The translations under genes and the position numbers were made by a program. This document shows, piece after piece, positions 1 through 9,854 of a stretch of 64,000 nucleotides of DNA. Numbering within the stretch: the stretch's first letter is position 1; each line of letters opens with the position of its first letter. The stretch comes from an uncultured Gemmatimonadaceae bacterium (GTDB lineage Bacteria > Gemmatimonadota > Gemmatimonadetes > Gemmatimonadales > Gemmatimonadaceae). Location: assembly GCA_963761305.1 (NCBI GenBank), contig CAVXGK010000001.1, positions 1,056,001 through 1,120,000 of the forward strand. The letters are read 5' to 3'. The notes under the pieces are model-generated. The model was not told the DNA's origin, did not search any database, and saw nothing but the letters and a program-made list of their open reading frames with translations.

Positions 1-1029
1 GGTGACCGCCGTCGAGTAGTGGCGCTCGAGACCCGTCTTGAAGATCGGCGTCCCGCTGTCCGACATCGCCTGCACGCCGTTCCATGCGACGATGTTGCCC
101 GACTTGTCTTTGTCGTAGTTGGTCGGGACGCGACTCGAGGCGTCGCGGAAGTCCATCGGACCTTCCGTGATGTCCGTGCGAATCTGTGAACCGCCCGATG
201 AACCCTTCTTCGTGATGATCTGGATCACGCCGTTCGCCGCTTCCGTTCCATAGATCGTCGCCGCGGCCGGACCCTTGATGATCTCGATGCTCTCGATGTC
301 CTCGGGGTTGATGTCGTTCATCCGGCTTTCGACGGGGTTACCTTGCGAGCCGAGACGGCCCGAGAGGCCGGTCGGCCCGAGGTTCGTCGTGTTGTTCACG
401 CGCACGCCGTCGATGTAGATCAGCGGATTGTTCGTCAGACCGATGCTGCTCGGTCCGCGAATCTGGATCGTCGGGCCCGCCCCGATGCGACCGCTGATGG
501 GCTGGATGTCGACGCCGGGCGCCCGCGATCGAAGAAGATTCGCGAGGTCAGGTGGCGACGCCTTGCTCATCTCGTCCGACGCGTCGATCGTCGACACGGC
601 GTTGCCGATCGAGCGGCGTTCGCTCTCACCCGCCGTGCCCGTGACCACGACCTGATCGAGCGACACGGCGCTCGGCTGCAGCCCGACCTCGTGCGTCAGC
701 GTCGTGCCCGCGGCGATCGTCACCGATTGCCGGTTCGACGCGAAGCCGAGGCGCAGCACCACGATCGTCCGCACACCCGACGGCACGCCGCCGAGTCGGA
801 AGCGGCCATCGTCGCCGGTGATGGCGCCGAGCCGTGTGCCCTCGATTTGAACGCTCGCGCCGGGAACCACGCTACCTGACCGCGCGTCGGTTATGCGACC
901 GACGATGGTGCCGGTTTGCACCTGCGCACTTGCGACGACCGGCGCCGCGACGAATCGCGCGACGGCGATCGCCAACGACGCCAGGATCAAGAGCCTGCGA
1001 CGCAGGCACTGATCAACGAGAGCTCGCAT
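1..1029 (-). CDS. SusC/RagA-family TonB-dependent outer membrane receptor, N-terminal part (runs off the window start)
   Basis: ATG at 1029 with GGAGG upstream. Translation shows a signal peptide, a carboxypeptidase-like domain, VVVTG and the plug signature DIESIEIIKGPAAATIYGTEAANGVIQIITKKG. Not in the ORF track because it is open-ended. Confidence 0.92.
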   Translation of the reverse strand, partial: MRALVDQCLRRRLLILASLAIAVARFVAAPVVASAQVQTGTIVGRITDARSGSVVPGASVQIEGTRLGAITGDDGRFRLGGVPSGVRTIVVLRLGFASNRQSVTIAAGTTLTHEVGLQPSAVSLDQVVVTGTAGESERRSIGNAVSTIDASDEMSKASPPDLANLLRSRAPGVDIQPISGRIGAGPTIQIRGPSSIGLTNNPLIYIDGVRVNNTTNLGPTGLSGRLGSQGNPVESRMNDINPEDIESIEIIKGPAAATIYGTEAANGVIQIITKKGSSGGSQIRTDITEGPMDFRDASSRVPTNYDKDKSGNIVAWNGVQAMSDSGTPIFKTGLERHYSTAVT

Positions 1030-1115
1030 CCGTTCCTCCGGTGATGGTAAGCACGACGACATCGATCTCATGACGAACCTCATGACGAACCTCACAACCA
1101 CACTTACGACGACAC

Positions 1116-2474
1116 TCATGACGAGAACGCCGGCTCCGCTCCGCGGCGGCGCGACCGCGCGCGCCACAGGTAGTAGACCGGCGTTCCCAGCAACACGACG
1201 GCGAGCCCGATCGCCGCCTGGCGCGTCTGCTCGTACAGCGTATTCGCGACGAGCAGCGCGGCGGCGAGCGCGAAGAGAATCGGTGTGACCGGATATCCGG
1301 GCGTGCGGAACGGCCGCACGGCGTTCGGCGCGTTGCGTCGCGACGCGAACACGGCGAGCGCGCCGAGCCCGTAGAAGATCCAGCCGGCGAACACGACGTA
1401 GGTGAGCAGCTGCTCGAACGTGCCGGTGAGCGCGAGGAGCACGGACCAGCAGGACAGCATCACGATCGCCGCCGCCGGCGTGCCGAATCGCTGGTTGACG
1501 GTCGCCAAACGCGCGAAGAAAAGACCGTCGCGCGCCATCGCGAAGTAAAGACGCGGCGCCGTCATCACCAGACCGTTCGTCGCGCTGAAGATCGACACCA
1601 GCGCGAGCACGCTGAGCAGCTTGCCCGACAGCGGGCCGAACGTCGCGGCGGTGGCGTCGGCGGCGACGTGTCCACTCTGCGCGGCCGCCGCTGGACCGAT
1701 CGCCGACACGTACCCCACGTTCGCCAGCAGGTACAGCACGATGAGCGCGAACGTCGCGACGCCGATGGCCCGCGGGAACACGCGCTGGGGATCGCGCGTC
1801 TCGCCGGCCGAGAAGGTCACGTACTGCCACCCTTCGTAGGCCCACAGCACGCCGATCATCGCCGCGCCGAACCCGGACATCACGCCGGTCGTGAGCGACG
1901 CCGGCCAGAGCGTCGAGCGCGCGGGCCACGCGTGACCCGCGACCGCGAGCGCGATCCCGATCAGCAGCAGCGCGCCGACCTTGATCGTCGTCGCCGAATT
2001 CTCGACTGTCGCGCTCTGGCGCGTGCCGCGCACGTTCAGGAACGTGATGACGACGATCATCAGCGTCGACGCGATCTTCGCGCTCGTAGGACCGAGCGGC
2101 ACCAGTTGACCGAGGTACGCCGAAAACGCGACGGCGAGCGTCGCCACCGAACCGCTGGCGATGACGAGGAAGCTCGCCCACCCATAAAGGAAGGCCGGCA
2201 GCTGGCCGAACGCGTCGCGAATGTAGGCGTACAGCCCGCCCGCTTCAGGCGTCACGGCGCCGAGCTCCGCGTACGTGAGCGCGCCGAGAAACGACACTAC
2301 GCCGCCGACGATCCACACGAGGAGGGCCACGCCGAGATGACCGCCGGTCTGCTTGAGCACGACGCCGGGCACGATGAAGATGCCCGACCCGATCACCGTG
2401 CCGAGCGTGAGCAGCAGCAGGTCGGTGAACCCGAGAGTGCGCCGCAGTCCGGCGTCGCTCGCCACGTCGCTCAC
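1116..2474 (-). CDS. APC-family amino acid permease
   Basis: GTVIGSGIF, YAELG, GGLYAYI and WAYEGW motifs with about 12 TM segments. GTG start overlaps the upstream stop (GTGA). Confidence 0.92.
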   Translation of the reverse strand: MSDVASDAGLRRTLGFTDLLLLTLGTVIGSGIFIVPGVVLKQTGGHLGVALLVWIVGGVVSFLGALTYAELGAVTPEAGGLYAYIRDAFGQLPAFLYGWASFLVIASGSVATLAVAFSAYLGQLVPLGPTSAKIASTLMIVVITFLNVRGTRQSATVENSATTIKVGALLLIGIALAVAGHAWPARSTLWPASLTTGVMSGFGAAMIGVLWAYEGWQYVTFSAGETRDPQRVFPRAIGVATFALIVLYLLANVGYVSAIGPAAAAQSGHVAADATAATFGPLSGKLLSVLALVSIFSATNGLVMTAPRLYFAMARDGLFFARLATVNQRFGTPAAAIVMLSCWSVLLALTGTFEQLLTYVVFAGWIFYGLGALAVFASRRNAPNAVRPFRTPGYPVTPILFALAAALLVANTLYEQTRQAAIGLAVVLLGTPVYYLWRARSRRRGAEPAFSS

Positions 2475-3616
2475 ACCACCGCCAGGGTCGGGTCGCCGCG
2501 CACGACTTCGGCGCGCACGGTGAGCGATTCGATCATCGCGACGTCGACGTCGACACCGAGTCCGGCGCGGTCGCGCGGGACGGTGACCATGCCGTTCGCG
2601 TCCATCGTCCATTCGGGACTGACGATGTCGCGCGCCCAGTATCGCGCGCTCGGACTCAGATCGCCGGGGAGCGAGAAGTTCGGCAGCGACGCGAGCGCCA
2701 CGTTGTACGCCCGGCCGATGCCGCTCTCCAACATGCCGCCACACCACACCGGAACATTCGCGTCGCGGCACACGTCGTGGATGGCGATCGACGCCGCGAA
2801 CCCGCCGACGCGTCCCGGCTTGATGTTGATGATGCGCCCGCTGCCCAGTGCGATCATGTCGTGGGCGCGCGTGACGTCGATGATCGATTCATCCAGGCAG
2901 AGGGGCGTCTTCATGCGCCGCTGCAGCTCGGCCAGTTGCAGCAGCGCGTCGGCGCCGAGCGGCTGCTCGAGCATCAGGAGGTCGAAGGCGTCGAGCTCCG
3001 CGAGATGTTCCGCGTCGGCGATCGTGTAGGCCGCGTTCGCGTCGGCCATCAGCTCGACGTCGGGGCCGAGCGCCGCGCGCACCGCGTCGACGTACGCGAC
3101 GTCCTGTCCGGGTTGGATCTTGAGTTTGATCTTGCGATAGCCGTTGGCGACGGCGATCACGGCGCGTTCGACGAGAAGCTCCGGCGTCGGCTGGATGCCG
3201 AGCGAGATGCCGGTCGGCACCGCGTCGCGCGTCCCGCCCAGCAGGCTCGAGAGCGGCGTCCGCTCGAGCTCGGCGGCGAGTCCCCAGCACCCCATCTCGA
3301 GCGCGGCCTTGGCCATGTTGTGGCCGCGGATGTCGCGCGCGAGAATGTCGTGCACGGCGGATGGATGCGCCACGTCGCGTCCAATGAGGCGCGGCGCGAG
3401 CCACTCACGAATGGCCAGCCACGCCGTGTCGATCGTCTCGGGCGTGTAGTTCGGCCGGTCGAAGGCGACGCACTCGGACCACGTGCTGGCGCCGCTCTCG
3501 TCTTCCAGCTCGAGGAGCAGAATCCGCCGCGTCGAGGCGACGCCCGACGAGATGCGGAACGGCTCCTTGAGCGCGAGCTGGATTTCGCGAAGCGTCACGC
3601 GGGCGAGACGAAGCAT
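2471..3616 (-). CDS. menC: o-succinylbenzoate synthase / N-acylamino acid racemase (enolase superfamily)
   Basis: KIKLKI, MADAN, EQP, LDES, NIKPGRVGG, WCGGMLESGIG and DLSPSARYW motifs of the OSBS/NAAAR subfamily. Confidence 0.88.
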   Translation of the reverse strand: MLRLARVTLREIQLALKEPFRISSGVASTRRILLLELEDESGASTWSECVAFDRPNYTPETIDTAWLAIREWLAPRLIGRDVAHPSAVHDILARDIRGHNMAKAALEMGCWGLAAELERTPLSSLLGGTRDAVPTGISLGIQPTPELLVERAVIAVANGYRKIKLKIQPGQDVAYVDAVRAALGPDVELMADANAAYTIADAEHLAELDAFDLLMLEQPLGADALLQLAELQRRMKTPLCLDESIIDVTRAHDMIALGSGRIINIKPGRVGGFAASIAIHDVCRDANVPVWCGGMLESGIGRAYNVALASLPNFSLPGDLSPSARYWARDIVSPEWTMDANGMVTVPRDRAGLGVDVDVAMIESLTVRAEVVRGDPTLAVV

Positions 3617-3679
3617 GCGCGGGGGGACGAGGACGGGGGTACGAGGAGGGGCGGCGCGAAACGCGAAAGGTGCGCCAAT

Positions 3680-3718
3680 TGGATCGACCATCTTGGTATA
3701 CCAACCCGCGAGCGTCAA
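3680..3718 (-). promoter_or_regulatory. Sigma70-type promoter (TTGACG-N17-CAAGAT) overlapping the palindrome TTGGTATACCAA, a probable GntR operator
   Basis: -35 at 3713-3718, -10 at 3690-3695, perfect 12-bp palindrome at 3693-3704, between the divergent menC-like and gntR genes. Confidence 0.6.
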
Positions 3719-3771
3719 GAGTCGTCACCGACGTCTTGCTCCTTCCCGCGGCCGCGCCTTACCATTCCAAT

Positions 3772-4569
3772 GTGCCTTCCCCCAAACCGCGCCGCGCCAA
3801 ACCGCGCGCAACCGCCGCCGCCGTCCCCCGCGAAGCGCCCGACAACGTCACGCGCGTTTACACCGAGCTCCGCTCCCTGATCATTTCCGGACAACTGCCG
3901 CCCGGCGCGCGCGTCGCCGAGCGAGCCGTCGTCGCCAGGATGGGGTTGAGCCGCACGCCCGTGCGGAGCGCCCTGCACCGTCTCCAACAGGAAGGATTCG
4001 TCGCGTCGGTCGGCCGAGCCGGCGACCAGCGGCTGATCGTCACCCCGCTGACGCGCGGCGACGGGCGCGAGGTCTTCCTCGTCGTCGGCCACCTCGAGGG
4101 ACTCGCGGCAAGCGAAGCGGCCTCGTTGCCGACCGACCAGCGGCGGCAGCTCGTGGGCCGGCTGCGCGAGGTGAATCGCGCGCTCTCGCTCGCCGCCAAA
4201 CGGAAAGCGTCGCCGGCGCGGCTGTTCGACCTCGACCTCCAGTTCCACGCCACGTACGTCGAGGGCGTCGCCGGCCCGCGCGTCGTCGCGCTCCATCGCG
4301 CGATCAAACCACAGAGCGAGCGGTACGCGCGTCTCTACGTGAACGTGCTGCTCGACGAGCTCCCGACGTCGGTCAAGGAGCACGAGGCGATCGCCACCGC
4401 GATCGCCAAGGGAGATCGGCGCGGCGCGCAGAACGCCGTCGAAACGAACTGGCAGAACGCCGCGCTGCGCCTCGCGGACGTCATCGCCGAGCACGGCGAA
4501 CGCGGTAGCTGGCACCTCTGGGACGGCAGCGCGCAGGGCAACGGCGCTCGTCTCTCCGAACGTCGCTAA
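3772..4569 (+). CDS. GntR-family (FCD) transcriptional regulator
   Basis: HTH motif LPPGARV..E..GLSRTPVRSAL..LQQEG; FCD-type DLQFH and EHEAI motifs. Start codon uncertain. Confidence 0.9.
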   Translation: MPSPKPRRAKPRATAAAVPREAPDNVTRVYTELRSLIISGQLPPGARVAERAVVARMGLSRTPVRSALHRLQQEGFVASVGRAGDQRLIVTPLTRGDGREVFLVVGHLEGLAASEAASLPTDQRRQLVGRLREVNRALSLAAKRKASPARLFDLDLQFHATYVEGVAGPRVVALHRAIKPQSERYARLYVNVLLDELPTSVKEHEAIATAIAKGDRRGAQNAVETNWQNAALRLADVIAEHGERGSWHLWDGSAQGNGARLSERR

Positions 4570-4586
4570 TCAGCCCAGGAGATCGC

Positions 4587-7500
4587 ATGTCCCGTCGTCT
4601 CGTTCCGCTCCTCGCGGCGCTCGCCCTGCCCGCCATCGCGACGACGGCCGTCGCCCAGGGCACACGCCTGCTTCGCCATCCGGCGATCAACGGCAATTCG
4701 ATCGCCTTCGAGTACGGGGGCGACCTCTGGGTGGCGACGCGCGCCGGCGGCCAGGCTCGGCGTCTCACCGCCACGCCCGACGTCGAGACCGATCCGCACT
4801 TCTCGCCCGACGGATCGCAAATCGCCTTCACGCGCACGTCGAACGGCAACACCGACGTGTACGTCGTGCCGACGGCCGGCGGCGAGCCGGTTCGCCTCAC
4901 CTTCCATCCGGGCCCCGACCGCGCCATCGGCTGGACGCCCGACGGAAAACGCGTCGTCTTCGCCAGCGAGCGCGTGAGCGAGCCGCAGTCGTCGTACATG
5001 CGGATGTTCACCGTGCCCGCGACCGGCGGTTTCGAGGAGCCGATGCCGATGCCGCGCGCGTTCAGCGGCACGTACTCCCCCGACGGAAAACAGTTCGCCT
5101 ACGAAGAGATCTCGACGGCGTTCGTTCCGGAGTGGTACGAGATGAGCATGTGGCGCCATTACCGCGGCGGCCGCACGCATCCGATCAGCGTCATGGACCT
5201 CGCGTCGAACGCCGTGCAGAAGCTGCCGTGGCAGAACAGCAACGACACCGATCCGATGTGGGTCGGCAACACGGTCTACTTCCTCTCCGACCGCAACTAC
5301 ACGCGCAATCTCTTCTCGTACGACGTGGCGTCGAAGCAGGTCAAGCAGCTCACCCACCACGACGATGCCGACGTCATGACGGCGTCGGCCGGATCGGACG
5401 CGATCGTCTACGAGCAGAACGGCGTCATCCACCTGTTCGACATCAAGACGGGCCAGGCCAAACCGCTGACAATCGACGTCGTCGGCGACTTCCCGTGGGC
5501 GCGGCCGCAGTTCAAGCGCGTCGCGGCGATGATTCGCGACGCCAGCCTCTCGCCGACCGGCGTGCGCGCGGCGTTCGAAGCGCGCGGCGACATCTTCACC
5601 GTCCCCGCCGACAAGGGCGACTGGCGCAATCTGACGAAAACGCCCGGCGCGCACGATCGCGATCCGGTCTGGTCGCCCGACGGCGCGCAGCTCGCCTGGC
5701 TCTCCGACGCCAAGGGCAACGACGAGCTGATGATCGCCGAGCAGTCGGGGCTCACCGCTGCGCGCGCGGTCGCGCTTCCGGGCCCGGGATACTTCTCCGA
5801 TCTCGCCTGGTCGCCGAACGGCAAGACGCTGCTCGTCGACGACAACCATCTGAATCTCTGGACCATCGACGTCGCCACCGGCAAAGCGACGAAGCTCGAC
5901 GCGGATCTCTTCTACACGCCGGGACGCAACTTCGAAGCGGTGTGGTCGCCCGACTCGCGCTGGGTCGCCTACACAAAGAGTCTCGACAGCCATCTGCGCG
6001 CCGTGTTCGTGCGTTCGCTCGCCGAAGCGCAATCGCGCCAGCTCACCGACGCACTCGCCGACGCGATATCGCCGAGTTTCGACGCCAACGGCAAGTATCT
6101 CTACTTCCTCGCCAGCACCGACTACGGCCCGCGCTCGGCGTGGCTCGAGATGAGCGCCGTCGATCGGCCGTCGCGCCGCTCGGTGTATCTCGCGGTGCTC
6201 AACGCGAACGAGCCGTCGCCGCTGCTCCCCGAGGCCGGCGACGAGCCGGCCGGCGGCCCCGCGCCGACGCTCGCCGGTCACGCGAAGGCGGATTCGGTGC
6301 AGATCGACTTCGCGAACATCAACCAGCGCGTTTTGAGTCTCGACGTGCCCGCGGGCGACTACGACGGTCTCGCCGCCGGTCCGGCGGGCACGATCTTCTA
6401 TTCGGAAACGATCAACGAGGGCGGCAGCCGCACGAACGTCCGGTTGCAGCGCTATCAGCTTCGCTCCGCCGGCGCCGCCGCCCCGGCCGGCGCGTCGACG
6501 TTCCTCGAGAGTATTCGGTCGTTCACGCTCTCGGCCGACCGCAAGAAGTTGCTCTACTCGTCGGGACTCGGCCCGGGAGCGCGGTGGGGCATCGTGGCGA
6601 CGGACCGGCCCGCCAAGGTCGGCGACGGCGCGATCAACGTCGCGCAGCTCGAGAGCTGGGTCGATCCCCGCGCCGAGTGGGCCGAGATCTTCCGCGAAGC
6701 GCTGCAACAGCAGCACGAGTTCTTCTACGACGCCAAGCTGCACGGCGCTGACTGGAAGGCCGTCGCGGCGAAGTACGCGCCGCTCGTCCCCTTCGTGAAT
6801 CATCGCGCCGATCTCAGCTATCTGATGGCGCAGACCGGCGGCGAGCTGGTCGTCGGACACTCGTACATCTCGGGTCCGGGCGACATGCCCGGCGACGCGC
6901 CGGTGAGCGTCGGGCTTCTCGGTGCGGACTACGCGGTGGAGAACGGCCACTATCGCATCAAGCGCATCTTCAGCGGCGAGAACTGGAATCCCGACCTGCG
7001 CGCGCCGCTCAGCGCGCCGGGCATTCAGGTGAAGGACGGCGACTATCTGCTCGAGGTGAACGGCCGCCCAGTGGCTCCGCCGACGAACGTCTACTCGGTG
7101 TTCGAGGGCACGGCGGGCCACCAGATCGTAATTCGTGTCAACGACGCGCCGACGATGGAAGGATCGCACGTCGTGACGGTCGTTCCAGTGGCGAGCGAGG
7201 ATGGGTTGCGCACGCGCGCGTGGATCGAGGACAACCGCCGCAAGGTCGACGAGATGTCGCATGGGCGGCTGGCCTACGTGTGGCTCCCGAACACGTCGAT
7301 CCCCGGCTACAACGCGTTCACGCGCTACTTCTACTCGCAGCAGGGCAAGGAAGGCGCGGTGATCGACGAGCGTTACAACCACGGCGGGCTCGTCGCCGAC
7401 TACATCGTGAACGAGCTGGATCGCGTGCCGATGGGCTACTTCGCGATGCGCGACGGGCAGACGTGGTCGTCGCCGGCAGCCGGCATCTACGGTCCGAAGG

Positions 7501-7880
7501 TGATGATCGTCAACGAGTCGGCCGGGTCGGGCGGCGACGCGTTGCCGTACTACTTCCAACTGCGCCACATCGGCCCGCTCGTCGGCACGCGCACGTGGGG
7601 CGCGCTCGTCGGCACCCTCGGCGTGCCGCCGACGATGGACGGCGGCGGCATGACCGCGCCGGCGTTAGCGTTTTATGATCTGAACGGCCGGTGGGCGGTG
7701 GAGAACGAGGGCGTGACGCCGGAGGTCACGGTCGAGTACTCGGCCGACGCGGTGAACAAGGGCCACGACCCGCAGCTCGAGCGCGCGGTGCAGGAGGCGC
7801 TCAAGCTTCTCGAACAGCATCCGGTCAAACACATGCCGCGCCCCACGCCGATCGATCGCGTCAAGCCGCCGCAGCACTAG
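4587..7880 (+). CDS. Tricorn protease (S41 peptidase with beta-propellers and PDZ), exported
   Basis: Signal peptide, WSPDG propeller repeats, DERYNHGG, AGSGGD, GTRTWG and DPQLERAV; AGGAG RBS. Confidence 0.95.
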   Translation: MSRRLVPLLAALALPAIATTAVAQGTRLLRHPAINGNSIAFEYGGDLWVATRAGGQARRLTATPDVETDPHFSPDGSQIAFTRTSNGNTDVYVVPTAGGEPVRLTFHPGPDRAIGWTPDGKRVVFASERVSEPQSSYMRMFTVPATGGFEEPMPMPRAFSGTYSPDGKQFAYEEISTAFVPEWYEMSMWRHYRGGRTHPISVMDLASNAVQKLPWQNSNDTDPMWVGNTVYFLSDRNYTRNLFSYDVASKQVKQLTHHDDADVMTASAGSDAIVYEQNGVIHLFDIKTGQAKPLTIDVVGDFPWARPQFKRVAAMIRDASLSPTGVRAAFEARGDIFTVPADKGDWRNLTKTPGAHDRDPVWSPDGAQLAWLSDAKGNDELMIAEQSGLTAARAVALPGPGYFSDLAWSPNGKTLLVDDNHLNLWTIDVATGKATKLDADLFYTPGRNFEAVWSPDSRWVAYTKSLDSHLRAVFVRSLAEAQSRQLTDALADAISPSFDANGKYLYFLASTDYGPRSAWLEMSAVDRPSRRSVYLAVLNANEPSPLLPEAGDEPAGGPAPTLAGHAKADSVQIDFANINQRVLSLDVPAGDYDGLAAGPAGTIFYSETINEGGSRTNVRLQRYQLRSAGAAAPAGASTFLESIRSFTLSADRKKLLYSSGLGPGARWGIVATDRPAKVGDGAINVAQLESWVDPRAEWAEIFREALQQQHEFFYDAKLHGADWKAVAAKYAPLVPFVNHRADLSYLMAQTGGELVVGHSYISGPGDMPGDAPVSVGLLGADYAVENGHYRIKRIFSGENWNPDLRAPLSAPGIQVKDGDYLLEVNGRPVAPPTNVYSVFEGTAGHQIVIRVNDAPTMEGSHVVTVVPVASEDGLRTRAWIEDNRRKVDEMSHGRLAYVWLPNTSIPGYNAFTRYFYSQQGKEGAVIDERYNHGGLVADYIVNELDRVPMGYFAMRDGQTWSSPAAGIYGPKVMIVNESAGSGGDALPYYFQLRHIGPLVGTRTWGALVGTLGVPPTMDGGGMTAPALAFYDLNGRWAVENEGVTPEVTVEYSADAVNKGHDPQLERAVQEALKLLEQHPVKHMPRPTPIDRVKPPQH

Positions 7881-7935
7881 GCTCGGTCTGCGCGAACAGC
7901 CGCTCGGGAAGCCATAACGATTTTGAAACTGAAAA

Positions 7936-8056
7936 AAACGGACTGAAACGGAAACCAACAGAAAAAAAGGACTTTGGTGGAACTGCGATCGAGCGGGCTT
8001 CGTATCGCAGTTCCACCAATTCTTTTTCTTCCCGTTTGTTTCCGTTCAATCCGTTT
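7936..8056. repeat. ~120-bp imperfect palindrome with AAACGGA-unit arms between convergent genes
   Basis: Perfect 16-bp core TTGGTGGAACTGCGAT (7974-7989) / ATCGCAGTTCCACCAA (8004-8019); outer arms 7936-7955 and 8038-8056. Confidence 0.85.
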
Positions 8057-8126
8057 GTGTCTTGTTCCCCCTGGTCATCCCGCCCGCGCCACGCCGATCC
8101 AAAACGCCCACGCGAGACCGGCAGAC

Positions 8127-9854
8127 TCAGTTCTTGACCGACTTCCCCGGCCCCCAGAGCACCTTGCCGGCCTTCGCGCCGGTATGCCTGCCGTGGTCGA
8201 TCGTCACGACGCCGTTGACGAGCACCCATTCGATGCCGGTCGGGAATTCCATCGGCTTCTCGTACGTCGCTTTGTCTTCGATCGTGTCGTAGTCGAAGAT
8301 CGTCACGTCGGCCCAGTTGCCGACTTCGATCGTGCCGCGGTTGGCGAGTCGCATGCGCGCGGCGGGCCAGCCGGTCATCTTGCGGATGGCTTCGGTCAGC
8401 GTGAGCACGTGACGCTGCTTGACGTATTTCGCGATTACCCGCGGGAAGTTGCCGAAGCTCCGCGGGTGCGGGAGGCCCGTCGCGTCGGGCACGCCGATTT
8501 GCGCCACGGCGCCCGCGTCGCTGCCGATGGACGTCCACGGAAAGCGCAGCGCGGTCTCGATGTCGGGCTCGCCCATCATATGGTAGATCGCCATCACGCG
8601 ACCGTTGCCCTGCGCGACGAGGTCCCACGCCGCGTCAGCCGGATCCTTGTTTTGCGCGCGCGCGATCTGCGCGATCGTCTGCTGCTCGTACTTCGCGTTG
8701 TCCTGATTGCGCGCGTTGACGAGGACGATGCCGTTCCATCCGCCGGCCGACTCGATGATGTTCCACCACCCTTCCGAGCCCGTGGTCACTTCCCGCTTGA
8801 GCCGCGCGCGAATCTGAGGATTCGCTAAACGCGCCTTGAGCGAATCCGTGCCGCCCTCCTGCGCCCAGCTGGGAATCGTCGCCTCGAGGCCCGTGCCGCC
8901 GGCCGTGTAGACGTACATGTCGGCCGCGATGTCGTCGCCGCGTGCGCGCGCCGCGTCGACGACCAGACGCACCGAATCCATCAGCACGCCCCACCCCGGC
9001 TGGTACGCGACCTTGAGATGGAAGATCTCGGCGGGCAGTCCGGCCTTCTCGCTGATCGTCACCAGCTCGTTGATGGCGCCGATGATTCCCTGCCCTTCGT
9101 CCCGCATGTGGCTGGCGTACGTGCCGCCGTACTTCGCCGCCGACTTCGCGACCTCGACCAGCTCGTCGGTCGTCGAGTAGCTCGACGGCGGATAGATGAG
9201 CGCCGTCGTCATCCCCATCGCGCCGCCGCGCATCGCCGTGTCCATGATCGCGCGCATCCGATCCAGCTCGGCGGCGTCCGGCTTTCGTGCCGACATGCCG
9301 AGTACTGCGACGCGCGCCTGCGTCTCGCTGAAGTAGCTCCCGAAGTTGATGCTGATGCCCTGTCGCTCGAGATTCGTGAAGTATTCGGCGACGCGGCCCG
9401 CGGGCACCGGCGTTCCGCCTTCGCCGCCGATCGCCGTCGTCACGCCTTCGCGCAGTTTGTTCTCGGCGAGGCCGTTGCGCGGCAGCACGCCGCCCGACTG
9501 ATCCATCATGTCGATCCAGCCCGGACTCACGAACTTGCCGGCGGCGTCGATCTCCCTGCGGCCGCGTGCGGTGATTTTGCCGATCCTGGCGAACCGGCCG
9601 TCCTTGATCGCCACGTCGGCGAAGATGACCGGATTCCCTTGCCCGTCGATGACGCAACCGTTGCGGATGACGACGTCGTAGAGCGTATCGGTCGACGTCG
9701 GCGGTGCCGCGCGGCGCGATGGACAGGACGCCGCACTCGCCATCGCGGTCGACGCGACCGCGGGCGTCGGCGCGCCGGCCGGTGTGCGCGACGATCCACC
9801 GCACGCGGCCGAGCCGGCGAGAAGCATCCACGCGCCGCGCGGCCGAGACATCAT
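8127..9854 (-). CDS. N-acyl-D-amino-acid deacylase (D-aminoacylase) family amidohydrolase, possible lipoprotein
   Basis: YDVVIRNGxVIDG, SHMRDEG, IFHLK, GSD, PHPRSFGNFPR and GIEWVLVNG motifs; ATGA overlap with the upstream gene; SAAC lipobox-like. Confidence 0.9.
   Translation of the reverse strand: MMSRPRGAWMLLAGSAACGGSSRTPAGAPTPAVASTAMASAASCPSRRAAPPTSTDTLYDVVIRNGCVIDGQGNPVIFADVAIKDGRFARIGKITARGRREIDAAGKFVSPGWIDMMDQSGGVLPRNGLAENKLREGVTTAIGGEGGTPVPAGRVAEYFTNLERQGISINFGSYFSETQARVAVLGMSARKPDAAELDRMRAIMDTAMRGGAMGMTTALIYPPSSYSTTDELVEVAKSAAKYGGTYASHMRDEGQGIIGAINELVTISEKAGLPAEIFHLKVAYQPGWGVLMDSVRLVVDAARARGDDIAADMYVYTAGGTGLEATIPSWAQEGGTDSLKARLANPQIRARLKREVTTGSEGWWNIIESAGGWNGIVLVNARNQDNAKYEQQTIAQIARAQNKDPADAAWDLVAQGNGRVMAIYHMMGEPDIETALRFPWTSIGSDAGAVAQIGVPDATGLPHPRSFGNFPRVIAKYVKQRHVLTLTEAIRKMTGWPAARMRLANRGTIEVGNWADVTIFDYDTIEDKATYEKPMEFPTGIEWVLVNGVVTIDHGRHTGAKAGKVLWGPGKSVKN

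Noticed and set aside
2471..3616. Menaquinone biosynthesis operon
   Set aside because: No other men genes; the neighbourhood fits a racemase role.
4566..7568. Long antisense ORFs (also 17327-19528, 57558-59873, 11322-13256, 47637-49409)
   Set aside because: Shadow ORFs of GC-rich genes with no motifs.
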